Source of the DNA: Armatimonadota bacterium
GTDB taxonomy: Bacteria; Armatimonadota; UBA5829; DTLH01
Length of the DNA: 64,000 bases
Reading direction: 5' to 3'
Assembly (NCBI GenBank): GCA_039679675.1
Contig: JBDKUN010000059.1
Coordinates: forward strand, 96,001-160,000
Below are positions 50,957-60,544 of this stretch, piece after piece. Each line of letters opens with the position of its first letter. The first letter of the stretch is position 1. Under the pieces are notes generated by a model. It was not told where the DNA came from. It did not search any database and saw only the letters and a list, made by a program, of their open reading frames with translations. The translations under genes were made by a program, and so were the position numbers.

Positions 50957-51934
50957 CTATCTCGGCACTTCGACTGCTGCGAGGATATTCGTGACTATCC
51001 TGTCGGCTGTAAGGCCTTCTATTTCTGCTTCCGGGCGAAGAATCAGCCTGTGGCGAAGAACTGCGGGCGCTAAGGACTTTATATCATCCGGTATCACGAA
51101 GTTCCTGCCTCTCATTGCAGCTAGAGATTTCCCTGCAAGAAGAAGTGTGATGGATGCGCGCGGGCTGGCTCCCAGAATCAAATTCCTGTCCTGCCTTGTC
51201 CGATATACAATCTCCCCGATGTAGCGGATAATCGGCTCATCCACGACAACTTTGCTGATTTCCTCGCGGCAGGCGGCAAGATCTGCCTCGCTCACGACAG
51301 CGTGGACACCTGCATCTTCGATTTTTATCGGCCTGAACCCTGCATTGTAGTTCTGGAGGATTTTATGCTCTTCGGCTGAATCGGGGTAATCCACCAGAAC
51401 CTTCATCATAAACCTGTCGAGCTGAGCTTCGGGAAGCGGATAAGTTCCCTCATATTCTATAGGGTTTTGCGTTGCCAGCACCATAAAAAGCGGTGGAAGC
51501 GGATACGGCTCTCCGTCTATCGTCACTTTCCGCTCTTCCATTGCCTCCAGAAGCGCTGCCTGTGTCTTAGGCGGCGTCCTGTTGATCTCATCGGCAAGGA
51601 GAACGTTCGTAAACACCGGCCCGCGCCGCATCCTGAACTCTCCCTGTGTAGGGTCGTATACATTCGTCCCGATTACATCCGACGGCATCAGGTCCGGGGT
51701 GAACTGCACCCGTTTGAAGTCTGCCGAGACAACATGCGAAAGGGTTCTGACGAGCAATGTCTTAGCTATCCCCGGAACACCCTCCAGAAGGACGTGGCCT
51801 TCCGCAAAAAGAGCAACTATCACCTGCTCGATTATGTCTTCCTGACCCACAACAACTTTCCGAAGCTCCTCGCGAATACTATCGGCGGTCGCTGCTACTT
51901 TATTATTTGCTTGTGTTTGATCGGGCAATTCCAA
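50957..51934 (-). CDS. MoxR family AAA+ ATPase
   Basis: EGVPGIAKT, QFTPDLMPSD, DEINR, ATQNPIE, LPEAQLDRF. Confidence 0.95.
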   Translation of the reverse strand: MELPDQTQANNKVAATADSIREELRKVVVGQEDIIEQVIVALFAEGHVLLEGVPGIAKTLLVRTLSHVVSADFKRVQFTPDLMPSDVIGTNVYDPTQGEFRMRRGPVFTNVLLADEINRTPPKTQAALLEAMEERKVTIDGEPYPLPPLFMVLATQNPIEYEGTYPLPEAQLDRFMMKVLVDYPDSAEEHKILQNYNAGFRPIKIEDAGVHAVVSEADLAACREEISKVVVDEPIIRYIGEIVYRTRQDRNLILGASPRASITLLLAGKSLAAMRGRNFVIPDDIKSLAPAVLRHRLILRPEAEIEGLTADRIVTNILAAVEVPR

Positions 51935-53066
51935 GCTCCCTTCTTAACTCTTCAATTGATCTTATCAACAATATTGTTTCGCTGTCTGAGACTTCATAGC
52001 CCCCCATGACGCGCTCGCATCGTTTTATAACCGATTCCAATTTAGATTTATCTACCGATGCAAACCTGAGCACTGCTTCCACGACTTCATTGGGGGGTTC
52101 GTGCTGCTTCACACCAAACTTCATCACAAGCTCTCGCCTGAACGAACTATAAATAGCGGCAAACGCATGCTGCCGCGCATTTGCCCTGTAATACAGTCCT
52201 GCCATAGCGCGGACAAGCTCCCAACCCCTCCGCTGCTCCTTTGCTTCCTTCAGCGGATGGATCTCCCCAAAACGCCGTCCGGCGCTTATCATCACAAGAA
52301 GCACGACCAGAAGCAGGTTAAATAGCACAAGTTTACCGCCAATTCCAAGCATGGGCGGCATCTCTTCGTCACTCAACGGGTCAGACTTATACTCCGAGAA
52401 GAGCACACGATCGTTCTTGCCCGCATTTTCGTATATCATATTGGTAGCCAAAACGATATTATCTGTCTTTTTTATGTTGGCGTTTGCGAAGATCATTGGA
52501 TCACCGACAAAGATGATCCTTCCCCTGCCGCTTGGATATTCCGCTGCTATTATAAAACCGTTATTTTCCAGAATAACAGACATTCCGCTTTTACGCCGTG
52601 CATACATGGGAGTATAGTCTGTGAACACTGTCTTCACATTCGATGTATATCGCCCCGGTTTCGGATGCATTGTATAATAAGGCCGACTTCCGAAATACCT
52701 GTTGGCTTTTATCCCCAGAACATCCATCTGTTTTAGCGGCTTACTGAGCGAGATTATCAGGGTATTTCCTTTTTCGACCCACCTTCTGAGTGTATTTGCA
52801 TCACGTTTGGAGAGCATATCCGGGTCCATCATCAGAAGTACCCGTGCGTCGTCTGGAATTTCGGCAAAAGACCTCTTATGCCTGCTCACTTTGAATTTCA
52901 GATCCTCCAGCAGAAGATAAAACGCCTTTGTGCCGTGGGGGCCGGTAGAATAACTGCTTGGCGAATCCATTTTGCCTGCTCTTTTCATCGCAGCCCAGCA
53001 GGAGAATATTCCTAGCAGAATTATAATCAGAATCAGCGTCCGGGCGTCACGTGAAAGCCTCATCAC
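51903..53066 (-). CDS. DUF4350 domain membrane protein
   Basis: SSYSTGPHGTKAFY, WVEKGNTL, GRRFG, AGLYYRA; operon context. Confidence 0.8.
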   Translation of the reverse strand: MMRLSRDARTLILIIILLGIFSCWAAMKRAGKMDSPSSYSTGPHGTKAFYLLLEDLKFKVSRHKRSFAEIPDDARVLLMMDPDMLSKRDANTLRRWVEKGNTLIISLSKPLKQMDVLGIKANRYFGSRPYYTMHPKPGRYTSNVKTVFTDYTPMYARRKSGMSVILENNGFIIAAEYPSGRGRIIFVGDPMIFANANIKKTDNIVLATNMIYENAGKNDRVLFSEYKSDPLSDEEMPPMLGIGGKLVLFNLLLVVLLVMISAGRRFGEIHPLKEAKEQRRGWELVRAMAGLYYRANARQHAFAAIYSSFRRELVMKFGVKQHEPPNEVVEAVLRFASVDKSKLESVIKRCERVMGGYEVSDSETILLIRSIEELRRELGIARSNTSK

Positions 53067-53839
53067 TTCGCCTCCGCTGCTTCTACCGACTCATACGCGC
53101 GTATGAATGACTGGTAGTCACCGTCACAGGCAGACTCATGCCCATACCATTTGCGGTCAAACACCATAGTTACCGGCTTCAGCGTATCGTGGACCTGATG
53201 GTATTTTCTGAGCATAGAAAGGTACTCCCAGTTGGTGCCGGTACGGTCGAACCGAATGAGGTCACGTTCATCCAACCGAAGCAGGATTGCAAGATAGACC
53301 AGTCTGAGTGCTGCGCGGTAATCTCCGCTCACTGCCATCTTCTGAGCTTCATCCAGCGCATTTCGGGGAATAGTGGGGCCTGAATATATGCTGTTATCTT
53401 CGTCTTTTTCTCTGACTTTAGCTGTACGCCTGATATTGATAACATTTGAGGTAATGAGAGCAAGAATACCGATCAGTAGAACTATAGCAATTACAGTGAC
53501 AATTACCCCGAATCCATTAGGGACTCCTATCGGTCCTATTCCACTTCCAAATATCCCTCCTAATATCTTATCTATCGCCCTTCCGAACCATTTCAGAAAT
53601 CTTTCCGAAAGTGAATAATCGGCACCCGCGAACTCACTCCGCGAGAGAATGGTGTTCAGTTTATCTTTTCGTACCTTTGGGGATGCCTGGACAATCGGGT
53701 CCTTTACTCGTATGGCTTTTGAGGCAGCGCTGTGCTTAACCGGAGGCTGCACAGGCATAAGTAACTGCCTTGCAGCACCTACCGGCAATACTAAAACTGC
53801 CGTTAAAGCCAATATAGTGATTAGTAGCTTTTTGTTCAT
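53063..53839 (-). CDS. DUF4129 domain protein
   Basis: GDYRAALRLVY, TNWEY, FDRKWYG. Confidence 0.82.
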   Translation of the reverse strand: MNKKLLITILALTAVLVLPVGAARQLLMPVQPPVKHSAASKAIRVKDPIVQASPKVRKDKLNTILSRSEFAGADYSLSERFLKWFGRAIDKILGGIFGSGIGPIGVPNGFGVIVTVIAIVLLIGILALITSNVINIRRTAKVREKDEDNSIYSGPTIPRNALDEAQKMAVSGDYRAALRLVYLAILLRLDERDLIRFDRTGTNWEYLSMLRKYHQVHDTLKPVTMVFDRKWYGHESACDGDYQSFIRAYESVEAAEAK

Positions 53840-54996
53840 TGCTGCGCGGGAGTATTTTGTTCAGGAGAAGCGGGACAGCCTGGTGTAGTGCATCCTCCGT
53901 GTTGGTTCCAACAGCTTCTATGCAGAACAGATTTGCACGAGGGGCACATCACCCCGTCTTCAAGAGAACGAATCGGATAGTGGCAATGGGCACATACAGG
54001 CTCCTGTGCAATTGCGGGCTGATATTGCACTTGGCCCACATTAGCTGGACTCGGCTTAGGCAGATCGGCTGCATTTCCGGTTCGTGATGCCAGATCGTAT
54101 GCAAGCATCTGAAGGTCGAACCCTTCCTTGCGGATTCTAATATCATAGTAGAGTAAAACAGTTACAATCGGAGATACAGGAGCCACAAGTACTCCAACAA
54201 TGCCGCAAATCACCCCTGAAAACAGGCCCATTGCTGTTGTATTATCCCGACCTATGATCGGATAAGCTATGCCAAGGACTCCATATTGGACCATGCTTGA
54301 AATGATTGAGACTATAATGCCAGCGACAAAAGTATAACCCACTATTCTTCCAACATGTCTATCGGCTAAGCGCCAGCTTCTGATAATTGCTTCCTTTTTC
54401 GCAACTCCTTCTACAATAAGCGCCGTATAGCAAAGTGGCAATACTCTCAGTGAGAAACAAGTCACTGCAACAATGGCAGCGATTGTCAACGGTATTCCAA
54501 TAATCAAACCTACCGCTTTATACGTAAACATTAGAGCACAGCCAATTACCCCTATCACGACTAATCCTAAATATACAAGACCTATTAATAATATCGTTAG
54601 AAAAACAGAGCCCAGCCTTTGAAAAACATACTTATACGCATCGCCTATACTGGTAGATACATTCATGTAGCGTTGAGATATTGCATATGTAAATGCACAT
54701 ATGACGATTGGGTATGCCAGCATGCAAAGAACATAAACACAGACAATTAAAATGCCTGTAGTTAGTCCTGCATTCGATAAAAACGGGGTAGCTCCTGGAC
54801 TTGGATTGCCGCCATGCTGCATATTACCAAGAGTATTGGCGAAATTATTCGCTAGACCGGCGAGGAAGTTCAATGGGAAGAATACCAATGCTCCTATGCC
54901 AGCAAGAAGCGCGAAGTTGTTTTTGTACAGATCGAATGTCTCATCCAGAATATCGCCTAACCCCATCGGCCTAAACCGATTCTTCCGAATTGCCAA
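53836..54996 (-). CDS. Multi-pass membrane protein with C-terminal prokaryotic RING-type zinc finger
   Basis: RPMGLGDILD..LLYYDIRIRKEGFD; CAHC..CPSC...H..CW..GGC..GC. Confidence 0.8.
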   Translation of the reverse strand: MAIRKNRFRPMGLGDILDETFDLYKNNFALLAGIGALVFFPLNFLAGLANNFANTLGNMQHGGNPSPGATPFLSNAGLTTGILIVCVYVLCMLAYPIVICAFTYAISQRYMNVSTSIGDAYKYVFQRLGSVFLTILLIGLVYLGLVVIGVIGCALMFTYKAVGLIIGIPLTIAAIVAVTCFSLRVLPLCYTALIVEGVAKKEAIIRSWRLADRHVGRIVGYTFVAGIIVSIISSMVQYGVLGIAYPIIGRDNTTAMGLFSGVICGIVGVLVAPVSPIVTVLLYYDIRIRKEGFDLQMLAYDLASRTGNAADLPKPSPANVGQVQYQPAIAQEPVCAHCHYPIRSLEDGVMCPSCKSVLHRSCWNQHGGCTTPGCPASPEQNTPAQQ

Positions 54997-55238
54997 CTTA
55001 GTCCTCCGTATATCGGCGCCCGCACTGAACTGACGGCAAGGTCTGCCTGCATCAAATTATTAAGTATTAATTTGATGCGGACAGCCATAACTCCTTCATT
55101 GTTTCAAGAATTTGGCATGGTATGTGGGAATGAGGTGATACCTGTCAATTATTGTCAGTTTATAGCAGAAACGACCGTATGAGCCGAGACGAAGCGCGGG
55201 GCTTCATCGGTTCATTTCCGTTTTCCCGCGCATACGCT

Positions 55239-55454
55239 CTAGACTATGCCGACATTTACTGCCTGTGGGCCCTTCGATCCATCTACAAGCTCAAACTCAA
55301 CACACTGCCCTTCACTTAGAGATTTATATCCATCCTTCCGTATTGCAGTGTAATGGACAAATACATCTCTATTTCCATCCACCTCAATGAAACCATATCC
55401 CTTGGCATCATTGAACCATTTGACCTTCCCGGTCATCATACTGCTCGATTCCAT
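55239..55454 (-). CDS. Cold-shock protein
   Basis: [26 protein letters not shown]. Confidence 0.95.
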   Translation of the reverse strand: MESSSMMTGKVKWFNDAKGYGFIEVDGNRDVFVHYTAIRKDGYKSLSEGQCVEFELVDGSKGPQAVNVGIV

Positions 55455-55507
55455 ACTCTATTGCTTCCTCCGTTACATGCCAAGCAAGCAGGCTTGTAAT
55501 GTCACTT

Positions 55508-55536
55508 ATTGTAACATCAGTCAGCCCGCCTGTCAA
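55508..55536 (-). promoter_or_regulatory. Sigma70 promoter of the csp gene
   Basis: TTGACA-N17-TACAAT. Confidence 0.75.
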
Positions 55537-55809
55537 CCATATTTGGAAGAAATCTAGCGTTATTCGTTATAACATTAGGTGTTTTTCATATTCTGCTCGT
55601 ATTTAAGAGTGGGACGTGAGCATAAGTGTTCAGATATAATCTTGTTTCTGTATATCTTCGGACATTAACTGAGGTATTCTGCGATTCTATCGTTGCTTCA
55701 ACAATCTTGCCAAAGCGAGAATGCGTAACGCCAAGGTGGTAACTTATATCGGCATTTGTAGGACGTATTTATGTTGTTCTATTAAGCGAACGGAGGACGT
55801 TATGAGGTT

Positions 55810-56793
55810 CTATTCGTCTTTTGTATTAGCGAGAGCGCGTATTTCACCGCAGGTTACGGCGGCTACACCGACTTTTCTTACTGCAGCGCCGCCTGCCAGG
55901 TTGCCGATCTTTGCCGCGGCCACCGGTGATGCTCCTGCCGCAAGGGCAAGACTGATTGCGCTGATTACAGTGTCCCCCGCGCCGGTGACATCATATACTT
56001 CTATAGGGACTGCAGGAAGCGTTGCGTCGAAGTCTTTGCTGAATATAGTAAGTCCAACAGAGCCGCGGGTTACTACCAGGCAATCAAGCGAAAGTTCCGA
56101 TAACATGCTCCGCCCTGAGGCCTTGATAATCTCTTCGTCCTTAAATTTCAACCCGGCAACGGTTTCCGCCTCAGACTGGTTGAGTGCAACCAGCCTTGCA
56201 CCCTGGAACCCGCGAATATTGACCGGTTTTGCGTTTGCAGTGCATATCTTCCCCATTCCACTTGCAAGCGCGACAACTCTTGAGGCAACTTCCGGCTTCA
56301 GCACGCCTTTGTTATAATCAGAGAGCACCAGAACATCACAGTCTTTCAGTTTTTCGCGAATATTTTCCAGTATTTCCTCGATAACGGCTTCATCTACGGG
56401 ATCCTGTGTCTCTCTATCGACCCTTACAACCTGCTGCCTGTGAGAAACCCATATCCGAGTCTTGCGCGTGGTCACGCGTGACTGGTCAACCACCAACCCG
56501 CTTGTGTCAACACCTGCATTAGAGAGTTTCTTCGCCAGCTCTTCTCCATACGGATCGTTACCGACCACGCCGACTACTGCCACGCTTCCGCCAAGTGCTC
56601 TGATGTTATTTGCAACATTTGCAGCACCGCCGGGAAGCACTTCAGAGTCGCCATTTGCGTCTACCACGAGCACTGGCGCTTCAGGTGACACGCGGCTGGT
56701 TGTCCCCCAGATGTGCTCATCCACCATCAAATCACCGACGACAAGAGCCCTCAACTGGCCAAATCGTTCGAGAATGTGAGACAAGCTATCCAA
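55810..56793 (-). CDS. hldA: D-glycero-beta-D-manno-heptose-7-phosphate kinase (RfaE/HldE domain I)
   Basis: RVSPEAPV, GGAANVA, LSDYNKG, DVTGAGDT. Confidence 0.88.
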   Translation of the reverse strand: MDSLSHILERFGQLRALVVGDLMVDEHIWGTTSRVSPEAPVLVVDANGDSEVLPGGAANVANNIRALGGSVAVVGVVGNDPYGEELAKKLSNAGVDTSGLVVDQSRVTTRKTRIWVSHRQQVVRVDRETQDPVDEAVIEEILENIREKLKDCDVLVLSDYNKGVLKPEVASRVVALASGMGKICTANAKPVNIRGFQGARLVALNQSEAETVAGLKFKDEEIIKASGRSMLSELSLDCLVVTRGSVGLTIFSKDFDATLPAVPIEVYDVTGAGDTVISAISLALAAGASPVAAAKIGNLAGGAAVRKVGVAAVTCGEIRALANTKDE

Positions 56794-56797
56794 AGAC

Positions 56798-57754
56798 CTA
56801 ACCCTCCTGTGACTCTATTACCGCAGCCGCGATTAGCGGCAGCATGATCTCATGATGCCCCACCAGCGATACCGACCTTCCTCCAAGCGCGCGTACCCGC
56901 CTAACAATCTGTTCTTCTGATCGGTATTGGCGTATAAAGTCTAGGTTTACCGCAAATACTTTATCCATATTGCACCCGATGTTCGTTGCCATTGCAAATG
57001 ACTTCAATGCTACTTCGGGAAGTATTACGGCGGAGCCTACATTAAGGAGCACCCCACCCAACTGCATTAAATCTTCAATTTCGGCTGCGAATATCCTGAA
57101 GTCACGTAGCGAACAATCGCCTATGGCTGAACCATCGGCTCCCGGATGCATATGGACTATGTCCGTACCTATTCCGACATGCACCGTCACCGGAATTTCT
57201 GCTCTACTTGCCGCAACAAGCAGACTTGAGCCTATACCCGGCGCATTTGACTTTATAAGCCTTTCGCCAAGAGATTCACCAAATCCCCGTTTCGATTCCA
57301 GACCGGCTACAGCCGCAGAGTTCACAAACTGAGCGGTCTCCATGCCCATGCCGAACTTGCCTTCCTTCAGGCCGGCCACTACATCCTCTGATGTACGGCC
57401 GTAGAGCGCCATTTCCGTGTCATGTATCGCGCCTGCGCCGTTCATGGCAAGCCCAGTGATGATCCCTCTGGCAATAAGGTCTGCTATAACCGGAGACAGC
57501 CCGCATTTGATGACATGAGCTCCGATTGAAAGGATAACCGGGCGCTTCTCGTGGGCCGCATCCGAGATGGCTGTTACTGCTGCTTTAATATCCCTGCCTG
57601 CCAGAATATCAGGAAAAGATGAAATAAGGTCGGTTATCTTACCGCCCGCTCGCCATGCAGACGCCGCACTTCCAATCTCGACCTTTCTATGCTGTTTTCC
57701 GACCTCATGAGCCTTTATCCGGCTGCAATCAAATTCTCTAAACTTCGATGACAT
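56798..57754 (-). CDS. Conserved protein, probably deoxyhypusine-synthase-like fold
   Basis: GAHVIKCGLS, MNGAGAIHDTE, GTDIVH, GSAVILPEV, GHHEIMLP. Confidence 0.65.
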   Translation of the reverse strand: MSSKFREFDCSRIKAHEVGKQHRKVEIGSAASAWRAGGKITDLISSFPDILAGRDIKAAVTAISDAAHEKRPVILSIGAHVIKCGLSPVIADLIARGIITGLAMNGAGAIHDTEMALYGRTSEDVVAGLKEGKFGMGMETAQFVNSAAVAGLESKRGFGESLGERLIKSNAPGIGSSLLVAASRAEIPVTVHVGIGTDIVHMHPGADGSAIGDCSLRDFRIFAAEIEDLMQLGGVLLNVGSAVILPEVALKSFAMATNIGCNMDKVFAVNLDFIRQYRSEEQIVRRVRALGGRSVSLVGHHEIMLPLIAAAVIESQEG

Positions 57755-57776
57755 CTTTATCTTTCCCTAGAAGCGG

Positions 57777-58739
57777 TCAGCTTTTCTGCCAACTACCGAA
57801 CAACTTTACATACAACCAACTTTCGCGCTTTGGCCTGCCCAATATATACCAGAGAGCAACCAACCCATTTACAACTACCTTTCGGCGGTAATGCTCAGCA
57901 AGACCGAGTGTCACTACAACACCCAACGCATTCAACAGGGCCTGTATCAGCGCATTAGTAAACTGACAGCACCCTACCATCAGCTCAGGGACGATACCGA
58001 AATGCTTACGCATGTAATAACAACGGCCCCGATTTCGTTCAATATAGGATGCTATACGTTTACACCTTACCGAAACCCCAATAAAATGTATGATCTTCGC
58101 TTCAGGTACATATTCCATCTGCCAACCGGCATCAGCGATCATCTTGGAGAGGTCCGGGTCTTCGCAATAGAAGAAATATGACTCGTCAAAACCGCCAGCC
58201 TCTTTAAATGCTGCCTGTCTGACCATAATAGCTGCTGCGCAAAAATATGCAATTCCTGCAAGCTGCTCTTTCCGCTCCACCATACTGGCAATTTTATGTC
58301 TGACACTCTTCCTGGCGCTCGAAAAAAGCACCGTTTTGGGAGTCATCAGCAGTGCCACAACTTCCTGATCCTTGTCATCAGCGTCCACAATCCGAGGCGA
58401 AGCTATACCTGCTTTTGGGTTAGATTCCAGAGCTGATGCAAGACGTTCAACTGCGTTTGGACATACCAGGGTATCGCTGTTTAGAATGAACAGAAACTCA
58501 CCCTGTGCCTCTTTTGCGCCAAGATTATTCGCCCGCCCAAACCCAAGATTTTTACTGCACTTTATTACCTTGACCGATGGAAACCGCTCACAAATAGCCT
58601 CAGCAGACCCATCGGATGATGCATTGTCTACAACGATTATCTCGTAAGGCCTTGGGGGAACCGTCTTCTCAAGAGATGCTATGCAATCAATTACATGCTG
58701 TTTTGTATTATGATTGACTATGATAACGCTAATATCCAA
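57777..58739 (-). CDS. Glycosyltransferase family 2
   Basis: VVDNASSDGS, GFGRANN, LNSD, GGFDE..EDPD. Confidence 0.92.
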   Translation of the reverse strand: MDISVIIVNHNTKQHVIDCIASLEKTVPPRPYEIIVVDNASSDGSAEAICERFPSVKVIKCSKNLGFGRANNLGAKEAQGEFLFILNSDTLVCPNAVERLASALESNPKAGIASPRIVDADDKDQEVVALLMTPKTVLFSSARKSVRHKIASMVERKEQLAGIAYFCAAAIMVRQAAFKEAGGFDESYFFYCEDPDLSKMIADAGWQMEYVPEAKIIHFIGVSVRCKRIASYIERNRGRCYYMRKHFGIVPELMVGCCQFTNALIQALLNALGVVVTLGLAEHYRRKVVVNGLVALWYILGRPKRESWLYVKLFGSWQKS

Positions 58740-58756
58740 TTTATTTCTGCTAATAA

Positions 58757-59527
58757 CTACTGTCTATTCAATTTTTCTTTGCAGTTGTTGCTTTGTAATT
58801 CCCACATAATGGAGTAATGCACCAACCTGAAAAAAACGGGCATTGCTGAAAATACCAACCCCGGCACTCCGTGCATAAACCCCCGCCACAGGATGTAACG
58901 CCTGAAAAAGAGGTTCGGAAGCTCTGCAAAGTGACGGAATCCTACACGTTTTCCCTTAGCGAAATCGTCTTCTGCGCAGGCTCTTGCATACCGAAGGTTC
59001 TTCTCATACCACTCTTTAAGCTCTGTTATATTATAATGTTCAAGATACCCCTTGACCCAGCCGCATTTGCCACCGTAAACAAGCTTTGCATGAGTCGAAC
59101 GGTCGATAAACTTCACTCTATCCCTGCGGAATAGCCTTATCTCAGGCTTGGGGTGCATAACCCCGTATTCAGCCGGTTTATCTCTGTAATAATTTCTTCT
59201 GAGCATCTTGTAAACATCATACTCAGGCTCAGTTTTCAGCAGAGACTGTATGTTCTTCGCAAGCTCAGGAGATACAGCCTCGTCTGCATCTATAAAGACC
59301 GTCCAGCGGTTCGAACACTTGTCTGCAGCAAGCTGCCTCTGCCTGTTGGAACCCGGCCACTCGTTATAGAAAAACTTATCTGTGTATTCCCGGCATATAT
59401 CTTCGGTTTTGTCAGTGCTGCCGGAGTCGACAATAACTATCTCATCCGCCCATTTGACCGATTCCAGGCACTCACGTATGCAATTCTCTTCATTCTTCGT
59501 AATGATGATAACTGAAAGCTTTTCTAT
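58757..59527 (-). CDS. Glycosyltransferase family 2 (WaaE/KdtX-like), ATA start
   Basis: Frame extends 107 codons upstream of the track ORF: IEKLSVIIITKNEENCIRECLESVKWADEIVIVDSGSTDKT..IDADE. Confidence 0.85.
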   Translation of the reverse strand: MEKLSVIIITKNEENCIRECLESVKWADEIVIVDSGSTDKTEDICREYTDKFFYNEWPGSNRQRQLAADKCSNRWTVFIDADEAVSPELAKNIQSLLKTEPEYDVYKMLRRNYYRDKPAEYGVMHPKPEIRLFRRDRVKFIDRSTHAKLVYGGKCGWVKGYLEHYNITELKEWYEKNLRYARACAEDDFAKGKRVGFRHFAELPNLFFRRYILWRGFMHGVPGLVFSAMPVFFRLVHYSIMWELQSNNCKEKLNRQ

Positions 59528-60543
59528 TTCTCTTTCCTCCGCTGGGAGATGAGTTCAGATGCAGCATCGAATGCACGATCAACCGTAATAGCCTGAAGAC
59601 ATTTAAAATCTCCGCATGTAGGCTTATGTCCGCACGGAGCACATGAAAGTTGCTCCCAGAGCACTTTCGACTTATCGCAGTACGGCCCGGTTATCCTCGG
59701 ATCAGTCGGCCCAAAGATCGCAACCACCGGAGTTCCCACTGAAACCGCGAGATGCATCGGCCCTGTATCATTACTGACTACCGCATCGCATTTTTCGAGG
59801 ACCGCCGCAAGCTGACCGATCTTCGTGCGCCCAGCAATATCAATCGGCGGGTTCTTTGCCTTCCGCATCACTTCATCTACTGTTTCGCGCTCGGATGCCG
59901 ACCCTACTATTAGCACATTTAGGCCATCTGAGGCAAGCCTGTCCGCCAATGCTGCATACCGGTCAGGGAACCACTGCTTCGCAGCAACACTCGATCCGGG
60001 ACTGATAGCTACAGTCGGTCTGTCTTTCGTTATTCCGACGGATTCGAGCAGGTCTGCTGCAAATTCACGTTCCTCTTTCGATGTAAACATCTCCATTTTG
60101 GGGTTTCGGACATCCGCGCCGATCGTCCGCACAAGATCGAGATACCAATCCACCCTGTGGCAGCCGGGCCTGCGTGAAACTGGATGCGTCAGAAACCTTG
60201 TCAGCCCAGGCTCATCGAACCCGACTCTTGTGGTCGCACCGGCCCACTTTCCGAGCGCGGCCATTCTGACGGAACTGAAGGTAAAGAGCACGCTCGTATC
60301 GCACCCGCCGGCGCGCACCTTGGGAATCATCTTGATGATCGAAAGGGGCCCTCTTTTTCGCGTCAGAACCTCATCAACGCATGGATTATGATTGAGAAGG
60401 TCCTCCATACCGGAAAGGACGACATTGCGAATGCGCGCATCAGGAAAATTTTCTTTCAGTGCCCTTATCGCCGGTGTAGTGAAGAGGATATCACCAATGT
60501 GGTTTAGGTTGAGCAGAAGCAGGCAGCCATGATTGTTATGCAA
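59524..60543 (-). CDS. LPS heptosyltransferase (GT9, WaaF-like)
   Basis: HIGDILFTTP, SNDTGPMHLA, FGPTDP; TTG after GAGG. Confidence 0.9.
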   Translation of the reverse strand: MHNNHGCLLLLNLNHIGDILFTTPAIRALKENFPDARIRNVVLSGMEDLLNHNPCVDEVLTRKRGPLSIIKMIPKVRAGGCDTSVLFTFSSVRMAALGKWAGATTRVGFDEPGLTRFLTHPVSRRPGCHRVDWYLDLVRTIGADVRNPKMEMFTSKEEREFAADLLESVGITKDRPTVAISPGSSVAAKQWFPDRYAALADRLASDGLNVLIVGSASERETVDEVMRKAKNPPIDIAGRTKIGQLAAVLEKCDAVVSNDTGPMHLAVSVGTPVVAIFGPTDPRITGPYCDKSKVLWEQLSCAPCGHKPTCGDFKCLQAITVDRAFDAASELISQRRKEK

Positions 60544-60544
60544 A

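Noticed and set aside
55048..55080. CTGCATCAAATTA..TAATTTGATGCGG inverted repeat
   Set aside because: Single copy with no other support; plausible terminator or operator only
55721..56317. 198-aa plus-strand ORF
   Set aside because: Antisense shadow of the heptose kinase gene
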